Positions 1 to 13,534 are shown, counted from the first letter of the stretch. The stretch is DNA of 64,000 nt from Orbicella franksi (GCA_964199315.1 OZ116701.1:20708001-20772000); one strand, 5' to 3'. The notes: a model not told the origin generated them from the letters alone. Made by a program: numbers and translations.

Positions 1-78
1 ACCAACAGGCTCATTTCCCATAGCAAGGAACGGCCTCGCCATTGTTTACGATTTGAAGGGAAGAAGGGCTATTGTTTT

Positions 79-993
79 GGTAAAGGTAAAGTCTGCATAC
101 AAGCGAAGTGGCCCATCAGGCTGGAGCTAGGAGTATTTCTACTCCCCCCTGGATGGGATGCTAGTCCAGCGCAGGGTTACCCCCAGCATTAAGTTCGCTG
201 GTACCCATTTATACACCTGGTTGGAGAGAGGCACTGTGAGAGTAAAGTGTCTTGCCCAAGAACACGACACAATGTCCCCGGCCAGGGCTTAAAGTCATTC
301 CTCACATTTGCATTGCGCATCCTTACTGCGCATAATTTATGGCGTCATTAGTGCACTTGTGCACGCGCACATTGAAAACATGACGGGTTTGCCTTGATAT
401 TGAGCTCTGTCAGTTGAAAAATAGCTCTAGCTCACCAACAAGCACGGGCACCCCAATTTTTTTTCCACTCATTGTAATCAACTAATCATAAGCTTTGCGT
501 GGGAAAAGACTGATCGAATTTCTATTGCTGAAAATTGAATAAATAAGAAAAATAGCAGATACACGGTGGTCTTTTCTATTTGGCAGTCGGTAACCACGTC
601 AAGAAATTTGGCTCAAATTTTTAACCAAGGATTTAGCTTTCTGTCTGAATCAAACTTAAAAGGTTTATTTGTGTCCGACACAATGTATTGACTGTAGTTT
701 AATGCGTGTTCTTATGAGTCCGGGCTCACAAAGATGTTACAATTACTGGGAATGCGTTCTTATAATACGCATTAAATAATGCCAAAATGGGGCGTTTTCA
801 ATGCCTCACTGCTCCTTAATGAGCATGGGCACCCCCTTTTTTATTTCAAAATTAAAGTTATCATATGACAAATATTCAGTGGACAAAGTTTGAACAAAAA
901 TCTATTGTCACTTTTATTTCAGAGGAATTACCTTAAATCCGGACCGCTCGATCCAGAGACCAGCACACTAACCATGAGGCCACAGCGCCTCCC
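79..993 (-). mobile_element. tRNA-derived CORE-type SINE, split by a MITE insertion
   Basis: Minus strand begins GGGAGGCGCTGTGGCCTCATGGTTAGTG (A-box-like tRNA head, ending near 993). Plus-strand 202-265 (cccatttatacacctggttggagagaggcactgtgagagtaaagtgtcttgcccaagaacac) resembles the reverse complement of the CORE domain. GGTAAA repeat tail at 79-90. Confidence 0.75.
293..932. mobile_element. Non-autonomous DNA transposon with TTAA TSD (Kolobok-like MITE)
   Basis: TTAA at 289-292 and 933-936. Imperfect TIR: AGTCATTCCTC versus reverse complement GGTAATTCCTC. RR..YY termini. Removing the element rejoins the SINE B-box region. Confidence 0.7.
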
Positions 994-1705
994 ATGCTAT
1001 TGTTTTAGAACCAATGAAAATGAAGAACAAGTAAGCCTTTGCCGCCATTGACAGTAAAAAAACATGGCAGAAAGGGCTGAAGGAGCTACGCAATGCAAAA
1101 AACCTGATGAAAATTGATGGAATTCTCGAGTTTATCGGCTGGAAAATCTGACCCGTAATTTCGACGTCCTTCAAGAAGTATTCTGGTCACCTTAAAAGAT
1201 TTGAAAATGTGAACCGCTCTGAGTTTTGGGCAACAGATGGCACACAATTTTACGAAGAGTGATACTGGAAGAACTTAACTGCGTGGTGAGTTTTTTACGA
1301 GTAATTCTTTTTACCACATGGTTAGGTATCAAAGTTTGGGGTTTTCCGCATGTTTTGACGCCGTCTTTAAATTCCTTCCCCAAGCGAAGGAGATAGTCAA
1401 GTTCTTTTGAGTGAAATTTGGGAAGCCTTTTTTGCCGTGGAGGCAATGAAATAATATACAATATATCACTTTAAGTCGAATAAACTCCTTTCAGTTGAAT
1501 TTTGTGTTGTGATTTACGCTTATATAGGACAATTTTAAATAGCTTGGTCAACAGTTAATTTTACTTATTTGAATTTTCAGACATAAATCGTACACTGTTT
1601 CCATACAAAATATACATGTGCTATGCAATATAACTAATTTTTATATGCTTAAGCTTAAAAAAATAGAATGCTATAAACCATATTATTTTATTGCATTTTG
1701 TTCAT

Positions 1706-2880
1706 TCATTCTTGCTGTTGGCATTTCCTTTTTAGGTTTCTTGGCTGCATCACAGGAATAACTTGTCTGTTTTGTGGATTTACAATTACAAAATACTCCT
1801 GCATTATTTGCTTTAGCCGAGCTGTGTCTGGTTTTAGTCTGCAGAAAGTGGAGGCAAGTTGAACGAATTCATGGTGAATTGATTCATCTCCCTGCTCCCC
1901 CAAAAAAGCTAGTGGAAAGTGCCACCTTCTAATAAAATCCACAGTATGTTCCTCCAGCATGTGCAACTTTGGAGGGAAGGTCATGTCTTGAAATTTCTCC
2001 CTGATGTATACCCTGAGTTGTTTGACATCATCCTCTGGAAATAAAACAAACAAGTACTATACAAAGTCCAAATATACTGTCAACAAACCTTAACAATACG
2101 CCCTTGGTTGGGTTCTGAGCTCATTATGTCTTCATGGAACTTTCCAAAATGTAGTGGGAGAACATGTGGTGTACTAGATCACAAAGCTTATTGTAACGAT
2201 CATCAAGAATTTCTTGAATAAGCTCACCATGTGTTTCGTAACGCTTCACAATGTACTGCCTCTCTAGTTTTTCAGAAACAGTTCCAACACATGGGATGTT
2301 TGGCTTCCAACTTATGTCCAAGGTTGTCCAGGTCTTTGTGAGTGAGCACCTTTGCTTTTTTCTTCTCAGGTTGCTGTTGTTTACAACTCGCCATGATTTC
2401 TTTCTTGCCTTTCTCTTCAGATGGCGCATGACTTGAATTGGCAATTTTACCTTTGGCAGGGACAACACTTCTTCCCTGTTTGCCACCAGAGGCCTCTTTT
2501 CTTTTGTGATTCACATTTCTACTCTTCTCTCCTCTCCCGTTGCCATCTGATGTTGAGGGTTCCGGAACATATTCACTGTCTGTGTCACTTTCACAGCTTT
2601 CGTTACCATTGTGTGAATAATCTGAATTGCTACCCTTTTCGGAGTCAACTTTTTTGCTAAAATCAGATATGCCTGCCAGCGAGTCATTGGAATCCAAAGA
2701 AATCATAGACCCTATTTCCCGTGGTGAATTGTGGATACAGAAGAACCATTTTCCTTCATTTTGATACTTGCTTTCATTGAAAAACTGTATCTTCATGCTG
2801 TCTGCCATTATTTTGGTTTCACTAAGAAAATCAGATCCAAGTTGGCCTTGATGCGGATGTCTCAGAAAACAGACATCCAT
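1706..2880 (-). pseudogene. Internally deleted transposase remnant of the Transib/RAG1/Chapaev group
   Basis: ORF 1706-2053 has PKLHMLEEH...FLGEQGDESIHHEF, matching the H-x4-H plus catalytic-E region of Transib/RAG1/Chapaev enzymes. It is preceded by an acceptor-like ttttattttccag. An upstream acidic/basic N-terminal piece is frameshifted, and the central core is missing. Confidence 0.5.
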
Positions 2881-2974
2881 TCAAGAGAGTATCTATAAAT
2901 AACTTTAGTGGAATTGACATATCCCAAGGCCTGGACTAGGAGCCTCCCTCTCTGTCCCTCATTTTCTCTTGTTA

Positions 2975-4205
2975 TTAATGATAACTCAAATGGGGGTCTC
3001 AAAATGATAGATATACAGTCTTTTAGCAAGTCCCTAAAAGGTACATGGATTAAAAAATATTTAGATGAAGAAATCAGGGGAAATGGAAATATTTTTTTTG
3101 ATGTTAAAAGAGACATAGAGGCTCAATTCACTTCACTTCACTTAGCTTCTTTGTGCCTCGTGGCACATAAGGCCTCATAGAGGCTCAATAGTACTCATTA
3201 TTAGACAAAACAAGAAAGACACTATAAAGAATCTCAAGATTAAAACTGTGTTATAAAAGAGACTCTGTTAATCTGCTCAAAAGTCAATTTTGATGAACAC
3301 ATAATGTCCGAAACAATTTCTTGAACAAATTTTAAGGCACATCTCACTCATAAGAATCAATAACTGCCCTATTTTCTATCAAGAATGGTTTGACAGTGGC
3401 GTCACGAAAGTGAAACATTTGAAAGATGCCTCTAACAATTTTTTATCATTAACTATAATGCGGCGCAAATACAGCCTTAATATTTGCCCTCTATGGTATT
3501 ACAGACTTCTGTCTGCTCTGAAATCTCTTGGGAATACATGTAAAACAACTCTATCAACAATTGTGACTATGAAAGCTTTATGGAAAAATTAACAAAATGC
3601 CAAAGTGTAAACAAACTGGTTTACACTAAACTGATTTCCACAAAATGCACACACCCAACCCATAATCAACAGAAATGGCTAAAAGACTGCAACCAGAATG
3701 ATGTTGATTCAATTAACCGGTGGGATGCCTACCAGCTAGCCTCTAAATGCACTAAAAGTACCAGAATTCTTGAATTCCAGTACAAATTCTTCCATAGACG
3801 AATAGTAACAAATGACTTCCTAACAAAAATTGGAGTAAGAGACAACCCAAACTGCTCCTTTGTAATGAAGAACAGGAAAAACTACTTCATGTCCTTTGGT
3901 CTTGTCCTAAGTTGTCTCTTTCTGGCGTGAGTTAACTGTAAGGCTAACTTTGCTCCACATTACTCCCGAACATTGCACAATAGATCGCCTTGTTGCTCTT
4001 GGTTTAAAGCCAGATTCTTCCAAGGACCACAAGCAAATTAATTTTTCCTGCCTCCTAGCAAGGAATTATATCTGGATGAGCAAAAGAAAAGAAACCGCAC
4101 CAAAGATAGGTTTCTTATAATATTTGAAATCAATTTACAATATTGAGGCCAATGCAGAGAGTGCTCTTCCCAAAAAGTGGAAATTTTTGAGCACATTATT
4201 CTAGT
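2975..4205 (+). mobile_element. L1/Tx1-like LINE, 3' ORF2 fragment (decayed)
   Basis: GGLKMIDIQSFSKSLKGTWIKKYLD and EFQYKFFHRRIVTNDFLTKIGVRDNPNCSF (RT C-terminal zinc-binding region). Multiple stops and frameshifts. Confidence 0.75.
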
Positions 4206-4490
4206 AAGCCTTCTTTTTCAGCAATCAGTGTATCTTGATCCACCGTACATTTTGTTTGTATTTGACTTTGGGTACATTTGCTCTGCAATCAACGCCTTTT
4301 AAGAAATAAACACAAAGTGCTTTCTATATTATAAGTAGCATATTATAATTGTAGTGTTTTTTCTTTTTGCAAGTAGCATTTTCTTATTTGTAATTGTGAG
4401 TAGTGTATGTTTTTAGAATTGCTTTTTTTTTACTTTACTTATTGATCTTTATCAAAAGGTGTATTGCAATTGTGAGTGATAAATAATAGG

Positions 4491-4931
4491 TATAGCGACT
4501 ACAACTTTCTTTGCTTTCGGGTGTCACATTTTTCCATGACCCCTGGAAATTATGCAACCCACTCTGTAATACTTAAGTATTCTTCATTATCTGTAGTTTT
4601 GTGTTTTTCATTTTTGGCCAGTGCTTGTTAGCGCTGAAAGTTCGATCTGCTGGTTTCTACCGTGTTTTTTCCTTAGCTGCTTCACTATTGTGTGAGCCCT
4701 GAAGTACAAATTCTAGAATTCAAGTCGCCACAGTTTTGTAAGTTTATTTTGCTCCGCTGTCAGTTTTTTGTGTTGTTATATTTTGCACTTAAATATTTGT
4801 CTTGTTTATTTTTCAGTTGAATCACACACACATCGCACATCCACAATCACTTCAGTGTCTCGTGTTTACGCCCAGTATGATTAAACTCGTGCATTCAACC
4901 TGCGATGCCTGTAGCACTTACTAGACCTACA
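4491..4931 (+). repeat. BEL/Pao 5' LTR
   Basis: Aligns with 10905-11342. Starts TA (mutated TG) and ends CCTACA. Many CpG-type differences. Confidence 0.92.
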
Positions 4932-4968
4932 TTCATTCAAAAAACTGTGTTTACTGGATCGACCGATT

Positions 4969-7900
4969 ATGGCAGAAGCTGGCGATTTCTTCCCAGATGA
5001 TGGCATTGGCCTTGTGAGCGAGGGCATTGATGCAGCAATGCTGAGCTCTGACCTTCGTGATGACGGTGTTCCACCAACATTGAAGGTTAAGAAAAGTTTA
5101 CGGTGATCTCACGCTGGATATCAAGCATTCCTAACAAAGCTGTACAGAGAAATGGAGTTTTTATTTCTCGACAAATGGAATGCCGAACTTGTTAACAACA
5201 CGCTTAAAGTCGTTCATGCAGCATTCATTAATTATGAACGAGTGCATACCATCTATTTGGAAAGTCTCGATGATACAGCAGATTCAGAGGGCGACTTCAG
5301 AATACAAAAGTTGCCTAAAGGAAAAGTTTGAATTTTTCCAACGTGTCCATCAGTGGATGGCCAGCTCTCAGCCAAGCCTTAAAGTTCAAGTACCCTTGTC
5401 GGAAGACAACATTCGTCCGAGAGATTCTGTAAGTCATCACACCACTTCAGCTACGAAAAGCAGTCAGCGTTCAAGTTCCCATTCAAGAGTGAAAATAAAG
5501 GAAGCCAAGGTCGAGAGGGCGGTTGCCGAGCTACGGTTACAACAGCTGAAGAAGAAATTAGAATTACAAGAAAGATGCAACGCTTTACTCCAACGGCAGG
5601 AGCTTCTGGACGCAGAAAATGACATTGAAGCAGCTGCACTTTAAGCCTGAATTTTGGAAGCTGGCATCGGCAATGTGAGCATTAGTGCTGAGCACGAAAG
5701 GGTCCTGAGTGTGCCATCATTTAAGACCATTGAACAGAAATCTTCCATGGATGAGCAGAAAGAAATGTTACCCCCTGCTGCAACTCGACCATCAGAATTA
5801 CCTTTTCCAGCTAAACAGCAGATGTTGAACCCCAATGCCTCTGAATGGTTTGCTAAACCTCCTGACAGAGATATCCATCAGTCTGATGGAAGTCTTCAGC
5901 AATTTGTCCAATTTGTCCAATTTGTCATTAAAAGTTGTGTCACTATGGATTCAGTGCTCAGATATCAAACTGCAATGAAACTGTTAAAGGATTGTTTCGG
6001 CCATCCCTTCAAAATTGCCACTGCCCATGTAAATCAGGTAACCTGTGGTCCAGCTGTTAAACCTAATGATCAGAGAGGATTGCAGACCTTTGCAGATAAG
6101 TTGAAGGACTGCCAAAACATGTTGGAGTCAATTGGATATTTAGATGAAGTCAACAGTTCTGAAAATTTAAGGAGCATTATCGATCGTCTGCCCTTCCATC
6201 TGAAAGCTAAATGGCTTGATGTTGCCGACAGCATCCAAGAGTCCAGTCAGCGTCCTAGGATTCCTAATATTTCAACGTTTGTCTCTGAAAAGGCCTGTGC
6301 TGCTAACAATCCCATCTGTGGTGGTGCGCTTATTAGTGACAAAGAGAAAAGTAAGAAGGACAGATTGGGTAAGAAGATTAGTTCTCTAAATACAATGGCG
6401 TCATCCCATGCTACTCATGGAAACTTTAGTGGGCCTGGTTCCTGTGTGCTGAACCAACGTGAAAGTCACAATCGTCAGCTTACCTTGAGGCAAAGATGAA
6501 GTGGGAGTAGAAAATGCTTACTTCGTGAACTTCCTCAGTTATGGAACTGTGAACAGTTTAAGAAATCCTTTGAGGATCAAATGAAGATAATTTGTGATGT
6601 TAGGCTCTGCGACAACTGTTTCCAAGTGGGCCACTTCGCAACTGGATGTATGCAGAAAAGTGGTTCTTACATCGAGGGCTGTAATGGAAAACACATGACT
6701 GTCATTCACCCCCTTGAGTGATCTCTACCTGCAAGGCAAGAGACTCACAAAATTCACAAGATGAAGAACAACAAAGCTAACCCTAACAGCCAGTCCCATG
6801 CAATAGAAAGTGCAGAGCACACCATTCAAAATCACGCAATTGGGGCCAGCATTCATAATCCAGGCAGAAACACCAGTGCTGTTGGTAGGAAAGTACGCCT
6901 GAGAACTGTTCCTGTGAAGGTGCAAGGAAAGCAACCAGGACAAGTAGTGGAAACACATGCACTCTTAGACAATGGTTCTGATGTGTCACTTTGTGATGAG
7001 AAGCTAATTGATAAGTTAGGCATCAGCAGAGTCCAGAGACATTTCTCCCTAACCACCCAGGAAAAGAGGAACAGTCAAAGGTCAGGTTACGAAGTTAAGC
7101 TCACCATCAACTTGATTGACAATGAATCAAGTCTAGAAGTACCCAAAGTTTGTACTGTTGAGCACCTGAACATTTCCCAGCTAAGCATTCCAAGAGATCG
7201 GGATGTCAACAGATGATCTCATCTGAAAGGAATTGAACTTCCAGAGATTGACAACAAGGAAGTCCGAGTACTATTGGATGTAACTTGTCTGAAGCCTTTT
7301 GGGTCCTCGAAGAAAAACGTGGTAGCAAAGGTGAGTCAGTGGGCATTCGATCGCCACTGGCCTGGACGATAATAGGACTGTCAGAGAAGATTGGTCAAGA
7401 AGACAGCTTCAATGTGAATTTGTTACGTTTGGAAACGCAAGATGATGATAAAACCCTTTCACAGCAAGTAGAAAAGTTTTGGAAAACTGACTTTGTTGAT
7501 TTGATATCAAGTTCAAAAGTGTCCATGTCTGTAGAAGAGGAGCGAGCCTTGAGGACAATGGAGGAGTCTTCCAAGAAAGTTTCTGGTCATTACCAAATAG
7601 CACTTCCCTGGAGACAGCAGCCTCCTTATGTGCCAAACAATCAAATTCTTGCAGACCACAGACTGCAACTGCTGAAGAAGAAGCTCCTACGTGATCACAA
7701 ATTGTTTGAAAGCTACAGGGCAACTATTCATGACTACATCTCAAAGGGTTACACCCAACGAGTACCTAAAGAGGAGCTCGATGTCGATGGCAAACCTCTG
7801 TGGTATCTTCCACACCATGCTGTCGTCAATCCTAATAAGCCCAGGAAATTAAGAGTGGTTCTTGACTGCGCAACTCGATACAAAGGAACATTGCTTAATG

Positions 7901-10727
7901 ACCAGCTATTAAGTGGCCCAGACCTGACCAATAGCATGTTTGGTGTCCTTGTAAGATTTCGTCAAGAACCAGTAGCTCTATCCTCAGACATCGAAGCTAT
8001 GTTCCATCAAGTAATGGTTGATCCAAAGGATACTGATGCTCTGAGGTTCCTATGGTGGCCCTTATGACGACCTATCTAAACAGCCAGTTGAATACAGAAT
8101 GAAGGTTCATCTATTTGGTAGCACGTCCTCTCCAAGCTGTGCCAGTTTTGGTCTTCAAAAGCCTGCTCAAGACAATGCAGGAGACTTTGACCATGAAGTT
8201 GTCAACACAGTGTTGAAGAACTTTTATGTGGACGATCATTTGAAATCAGTGAAATTGACCGAAGTTGCTGTTGAATTGAGGGAAGATCTGTGTGCCTTGC
8301 TGTCAAGAGGTGGATTACGATTGACCAAATGGTTCTGTAACCGGAAGGAAGTCCTTGAAACCATTCCAACTCCATACAGAGCTCCTTCAGTTTTGGATCT
8401 GGATTTGGATTCTAACATCCTTCCTACTAAGAGAACCCTTGATGTTCAGTGGAACATGAATAGTGACATGTTTACCTTTAAGATCACACCAAAGGATAAG
8501 CCCTTTACACGAAGAGGGCTCCCATCAGTGACAAGTTTCATTTATGATCCGCTTGGCATGGTATCACTGATCATCTTACCTGCAAAGAGGCTTCTCCAAG
8601 ATCTTTGCAAGCAAGGACTTGGCTGGGATGAAGAAATCGGAAGACAAGAATCTCATTGCTGGAGACTATGGTTATCAGATTTACCTTTCCTTTTAAGTGT
8701 TGCCTTCCCAAGATGTTTGAGGTGGGTAGACTTTGGCCAGATACAGAATGCTGAGCTTCATCACTTCGCAGACGCTTCCCAGATTGCTTATGGGACAGTA
8801 TCATATGCAAGACTCGCCAACGAGAATGGCCGCATTCATTGCAGTTTCCTTGCTGAAAAATCCCCCTTAGCTCACATGAAGCAGATGACTATACCCAGAT
8901 TAGAGTTGTCAGCTGCTGCATGCTTGTGGCCAAATGGCTTGCAGTGATGCAGGATGGTTCAAAACTTTCCCAGTGGAATTAAGTGCCAACTAACATCAAC
9001 CCAGCGGACGATGTTAGCCAAGGTCTGACGGTAAAGGAGTTATTGAGCAATGAGAGATGGTTCAGAGGCTCTGCATTTCTGTGGGAAAATAAGTCATCAT
9101 GGCCCATCAATCCAGTCTCCTTAGCCATCATTTCCGATGAAGACCCAGAAGTCAGAGCTCGAGGTGAAACAAATCACGTTACCCAGATGTAGGAGAAACG
9201 ACCACTGGACCTAATGTTGTTCCAATATTTGTCATGGTACAAGTTCAAGAGAGCTGTTGCTTGGCTTCTGAGACTTGTACAATTCTTAAAGGGAAGGAGG
9301 TGCTTACGAGTTTCATCACCTGTTGATGTATTACCTTGTGGCAGGCTGTCTATTGAAAAATGACGTTATGCAGAGGCTCAAATCATCAAGTATGTGCAGC
9401 CTTCCTACCCGTGATTAAGGCCCTCCAATATGTAATGCATGGAGAACCTGAGAAGCGCACATAAAGAATATCCGCTCATTTGGCTCGGTTTACAAATTGA
9501 GACGATTTCTAGATGGAGAGGGAATGTTGAGAGTTGGCGGTAGGCTTCAGAATTCTACATTGGAGTACCAATCAAAACACCAATCGCTGTTACCTTCCAA
9601 GCACCACGTTACTAAGCTGCTTGTTATAGATGTCCATGAATCTGTGGGACACCTACGCCAAGAATGTCCTGACCAATTTGAGACAGAAGTACTGGATTAT
9701 CCAGGGACAGGCCGCTGTCCGAAGAGTACTTGGCAACTGTTTGACCTGCCAAAAACAAAATGCTCTAAAGGGTCAAGAAGCAATGGAAGATTTACCCAGC
9801 AAGAGGCTAACTCCTGATGAGCCCCCGTTCTCTTACGTTGGCATAGATTTCTTTGCTCTGTTGTACATGAAGCAAGGCAGAAGTACTGTAAAACATTATG
9901 GACATCTTTCCTCTTGCTTAACTATGTGAGCAACCCACATTGAAGTGACCAAATCTCTTGAAACAGATTCGTTTATCAACGCTCTTTGCAGATTCATTAG
10001 CAGAAGAGGAATGCCGAAGATGATAAGTGACAATAGTACCAATTTAACTGGCAGAGAGAGGGAGATCCGTGAGGCCATAAATGGCTGGAATCGGCAGAAG
10101 ATTGAAGGGTTTCTACACCAGAAGAATATCGAGTGGAAGTTTAACATCCCCCCCCCTGGAGCATCACACATGGGAGGAGTCTGAGAACAAGTAATTCGTT
10201 CAGTGAGAAAGATTCTGAGAGTCCTTCTTAGAGAGCAATTGGTTTCTGGAGAGGCACTGCGAACATTGATGGTGGAAGTTGAGGGAATTCTGAATGAACG
10301 AACAGTGATAATTGTATCGACGCAGAACCTTTGACTCCCGACCACTTGCTACTTCTTTGATCGAATTTGAATTTGCCACCAGGAGTCTGAATGATTTATA
10401 CTGCCAACATTGCTGGAAGCAGATTCAATACCTTACGGACGTATTTTGGAAGAGGTGGTTGTCACAATGTTTACCAAGCTTCCAAGAATGGCAGAGATAG
10501 ATCAAGCCACGTCGTGATTTTGCTGTGGGCGACCTAATTCTCATGGCTGATGAAAGAGTTCATCGTGGCCAGTGGCCTTTAGGTAGCGTTCTCAAAGTAC
10601 ACCCGGAAGGGATGGATTTATCCGATCAGTCAAGGTTGCCACAAAGCTGTCTATATCGACAAGGTCAATTTTAAAATTGTGCTTCCTTGAACATGAGAAC
10701 TCACTTCCAAGGAAGAACTCTATTTGA
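4969..10727 (+). pseudogene. BEL/Pao gag-pol polyprotein (disrupted; 3' end approximate)
   Basis: Protease LLDNGSD; RT YLPHH, KLRVVLDC, DIEAMFHQV, YVDD; RNase H LHHFADASQIAYG; integrase [27 protein letters not shown]. Many stops and frameshifts. Confidence 0.9.
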
Positions 10728-10904
10728 TCTTTATAGCTATCATGTAGTTAATTTGCTATGAGAAAGACTTGTTAATTTATGCAGTGGTCGTCATGCTTGA
10801 ACTTTGAACACTAGTTGGCTTACTTAGATACTCGTTATACGTTAATAATGTAAATTCTAGTCATTAAGCACTTGGTGAACTCAATTTAGTTCAGGGGCTG
10901 GTAA

Positions 10905-11342
10905 TGTAGTGACTAGAACTTTCTTTGCTTTCGGGTGTCACATTTTTTTGACCCCTGGGAATTATGCAACCCACTCTGTAATACTTAAGCGTTCTTCATT
11001 ATCCGTAGTTTTTTGTTTTTCATTTTTGGCCAGCACTTGTTAGCACTGAAAGTTCCAACTGCTGGTTTCTACTGTTTTTCCTTAGCTGCTTCACTATTGT
11101 GTGAGCCCTGAAGTACAAATTTTAGAATTCGAGTCGCCACAGTTTTGTAAGTTTATTTTGCTCCGTTGTCATTTTTTTCCTTCTTATATTTTGTACTTAA
11201 ATATTTTGTCTTGTTTATTTTTCAGTTGAATCACACACACATCACACACCCACGATCACTTTGGTTTCTTTTGTGTTTATGCCCAGTATGATTAAACTCG
11301 TGCATTCAAACTGTGATGCCCGTAGCCCCCACTAGACCTACA
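10905..11342 (+). repeat. BEL/Pao 3' LTR
   Basis: TGTAGT...CCTACA, followed by the TSD ATAGG. Confidence 0.92.
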
Positions 11343-11535
11343 ATAGGTTATGTGTAGCTTTGTAGCTTATTGCAATAGACTAATTTGTAATGCTGTATTC
11401 ATAAGTAACAGTAAAAATAATGAGTAAATAAGTAAGAACTGATAGAAGTGTAAGTTATTGCATTGTTTCATGACATAAGCGTATCCTTGTAATGTAAAAT
11501 TCACATGGTAAATAGCGTAAGTAGTAGATTTAAAC

Positions 11536-11573
11536 ATTGTATTGTATTGCATTATATTGTATTGTATTGTATT
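11536..11573. repeat. (ATTGT)n microsatellite, imperfect
   Basis: Directly visible tandem ATTGT units. Confidence 0.85.
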
Positions 11574-13534
11574 AGTAGTATAGGGGAGCAGTTTCAGACC
11601 CAGCCAATTAGAAGGCATTATTTTGTTCACGTGATAAGTCTGGACCAATCAGCTTGCAGGATTTTCAGCTCAGGTCAGTGGTTGCACTAATGCGTATTAG
11701 AGAGGTCTGGGTTGAGCTCAGTTAAAGGTGGCCATGCGGGATATGAGAGAGGAAGTGAGGTCATGGGACCGGAAGTGATGTAAGAGACCATGTGGGTTTT
11801 GACAAAAAATTTTATTTACAAATCTAGTAAATGGGTTACATTTTGCATGTCGATGTCGTCAATATGATAGAAAGGTGTCGGGATCCACAACGCATTTGTC
11901 AAAGACCACTTTGCATTGTTTGGTTTCTTCAACCGTTTGCAATGTTTTTGTTTTGACATCTCGTTTGATCTTGTGTGGGTTTGTACGCTGATTTCCTGTG
12001 GTTCTTCGCGGGATTCAGTGACTTCATTGATGACGTTTTCTTTCAACAGGTCAAAGTTCAATTGTTCTCAGCCACGTGTGTTGAGAGTGAAACTGCATAC
12101 CTTGCATTCGAGTTTTCCTTCCCTGGTTTTGTAACTGTAATTCTTGGGGGGAGCAGCAGCAAACTCTACGATGTGATCACCCTGTTTCAATTCGCTGGTG
12201 AATTCGTCGACATGATCTCCTAGGGGTGGCATGGGTCCACCTTCTCGATGCGAGAAGATGATGGAGTCTGTGTTGAAGTAGAGGGCTTGATCGGGTTTGA
12301 GTTGACTGAGCCCTTCTCAGTAGAGTTTGAGTCTGGCCCAGCAAGCGGTGAAGCAGGCCACAAAGATGTTGATGTTGACTTGAACGGCTTCTTTGTCTTC
12401 GACGTGTTTGTAGACCAATTTGATCATCTCGTCATTCATGACACAAAGGGTCTGAATTTCTCGACTGTCATTGGTCAGCAGGGAATGAAGCCTGGCCAGG
12501 GACGAAATGGCTTCGACTCTTGCTGCCTTATTGACCGTACTTGCCCCAGAAGCTGTTTAGCATCATTTTGGCAAGAGAACGTTGACCGGGATTTTATTGG
12601 ATTTTGTCAGCATCAAGTAGAATGCCTTCCTTGTCTTGGTAGTCCGCGAGGTACTGAGTGCATTTGTCGATGTCATCACCTACCTAATCGGGCCATCCAC
12701 TGGCTTCTTGCTTGATCTTGAGAAATGTGTTCACATAGGAAGAGAACAAGTCATTGGAATTGTGCAGGAAGTGGCAAATTTTGTACACGTGTTGGATGAC
12801 GTACCCTTGACGAAGGACTTATTGTAATTCGGGTGTGGGCCAGGTACCCACAAGACATCGCTCCAACTTGTTGTGGATGCAATGATGGCTTTGTTCAGTC
12901 AGCGGTTTGGGTTGATCGTTTTCCACACAAGTTCTGCAAAGTGGAAAGGTGAGTTTGCCACCACTGCGATGGGGTAAGACGGGGTGGTACAACCCAAAGG
13001 GTGGAAGGATCTTACATTTGACGAGACCGAAGTAACTGGAAATGTCGGTCCCTTCGGGTTGGTGAATGATGATGGGATGACCAATGGGGTAGGGGCAGTT
13101 TTTGTTAGTCCAGGGGTAGAGGGATGTGAAATCAAGGTAATAGACTTCTCCGTTTGATCTGATGGTAAAGTTTGATGGCGTTGGTTTGTCCACTGTAGAA
13201 TGCGTCCCTGGGTTTGAGTCTGGAGACGAGGTCAAAGGACTTGACCAGACTCCAAAGGTCGTCATCTTCTTTCTTGAGTTGTTCCCATTCACATTGCCAC
13301 ATTACCACCACATTGTAGCCATCAGCAAAGAGACTGTCATCTTTGAGTTTGGTGGCTTTGTAGACATTTCGCATGGTCTGATCGCACATTTTATGATGTG
13401 TACAGTCACAGTCTGGATAACACTTGGCACATCCATGCCAGAAACATCAGTGGAATTCGTACACATTGCACGTGACTTTGTTGTATCCATCCACAAAGAA
13501 GGCTTTGTCTCCACATAGGATCACGTGCCCACCT
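11574..13534 (-). mobile_element. Polinton/Maverick remnant A: putative terminus plus protein-primed DNA polymerase B pseudogene (continues at 25741-25807)
   Basis: AGTAGT-type terminus at 11574. Minus-strand pPolB motifs YYLDFTSLYPW, FGLVKCKILPP, KLTFPLC, LNSFWGK, YFNTDS, PRDAFY, in broken frames. The frame continues across the Academ insertion (HIRHALNGGGH|VILCGDKAFFVDGY). Confidence 0.85.

Larger units (their letters stand above)
4491..11342 (+). mobile_element. BEL/Pao LTR retrotransposon, full-length but decayed
   Basis: Paired LTRs of about 440 bp. 5-bp TSD ATAGG at 4486-4490 and 11343-11347. PPT-like aggggctggtaa before the 3' LTR. Gag-PR-RT-RH-IN order with BEL motifs. Confidence 0.95.

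Noticed and set aside
968-1461. Minus-strand short ORFs as a partner gene of the 1706-2880 remnant
   Set aside because: No TIRs or motifs link them, and one ORF overlaps the SINE.
5901-5926. QFVQFVQFV repeat as a functional motif
   Set aside because: It is a 9-bp tandem duplication at what appears to be a deletion junction in a dead gag.
12248-12715. 155-aa plus-strand ORF
   Set aside because: It is the antisense shadow of the minus-strand pPolB remnant.
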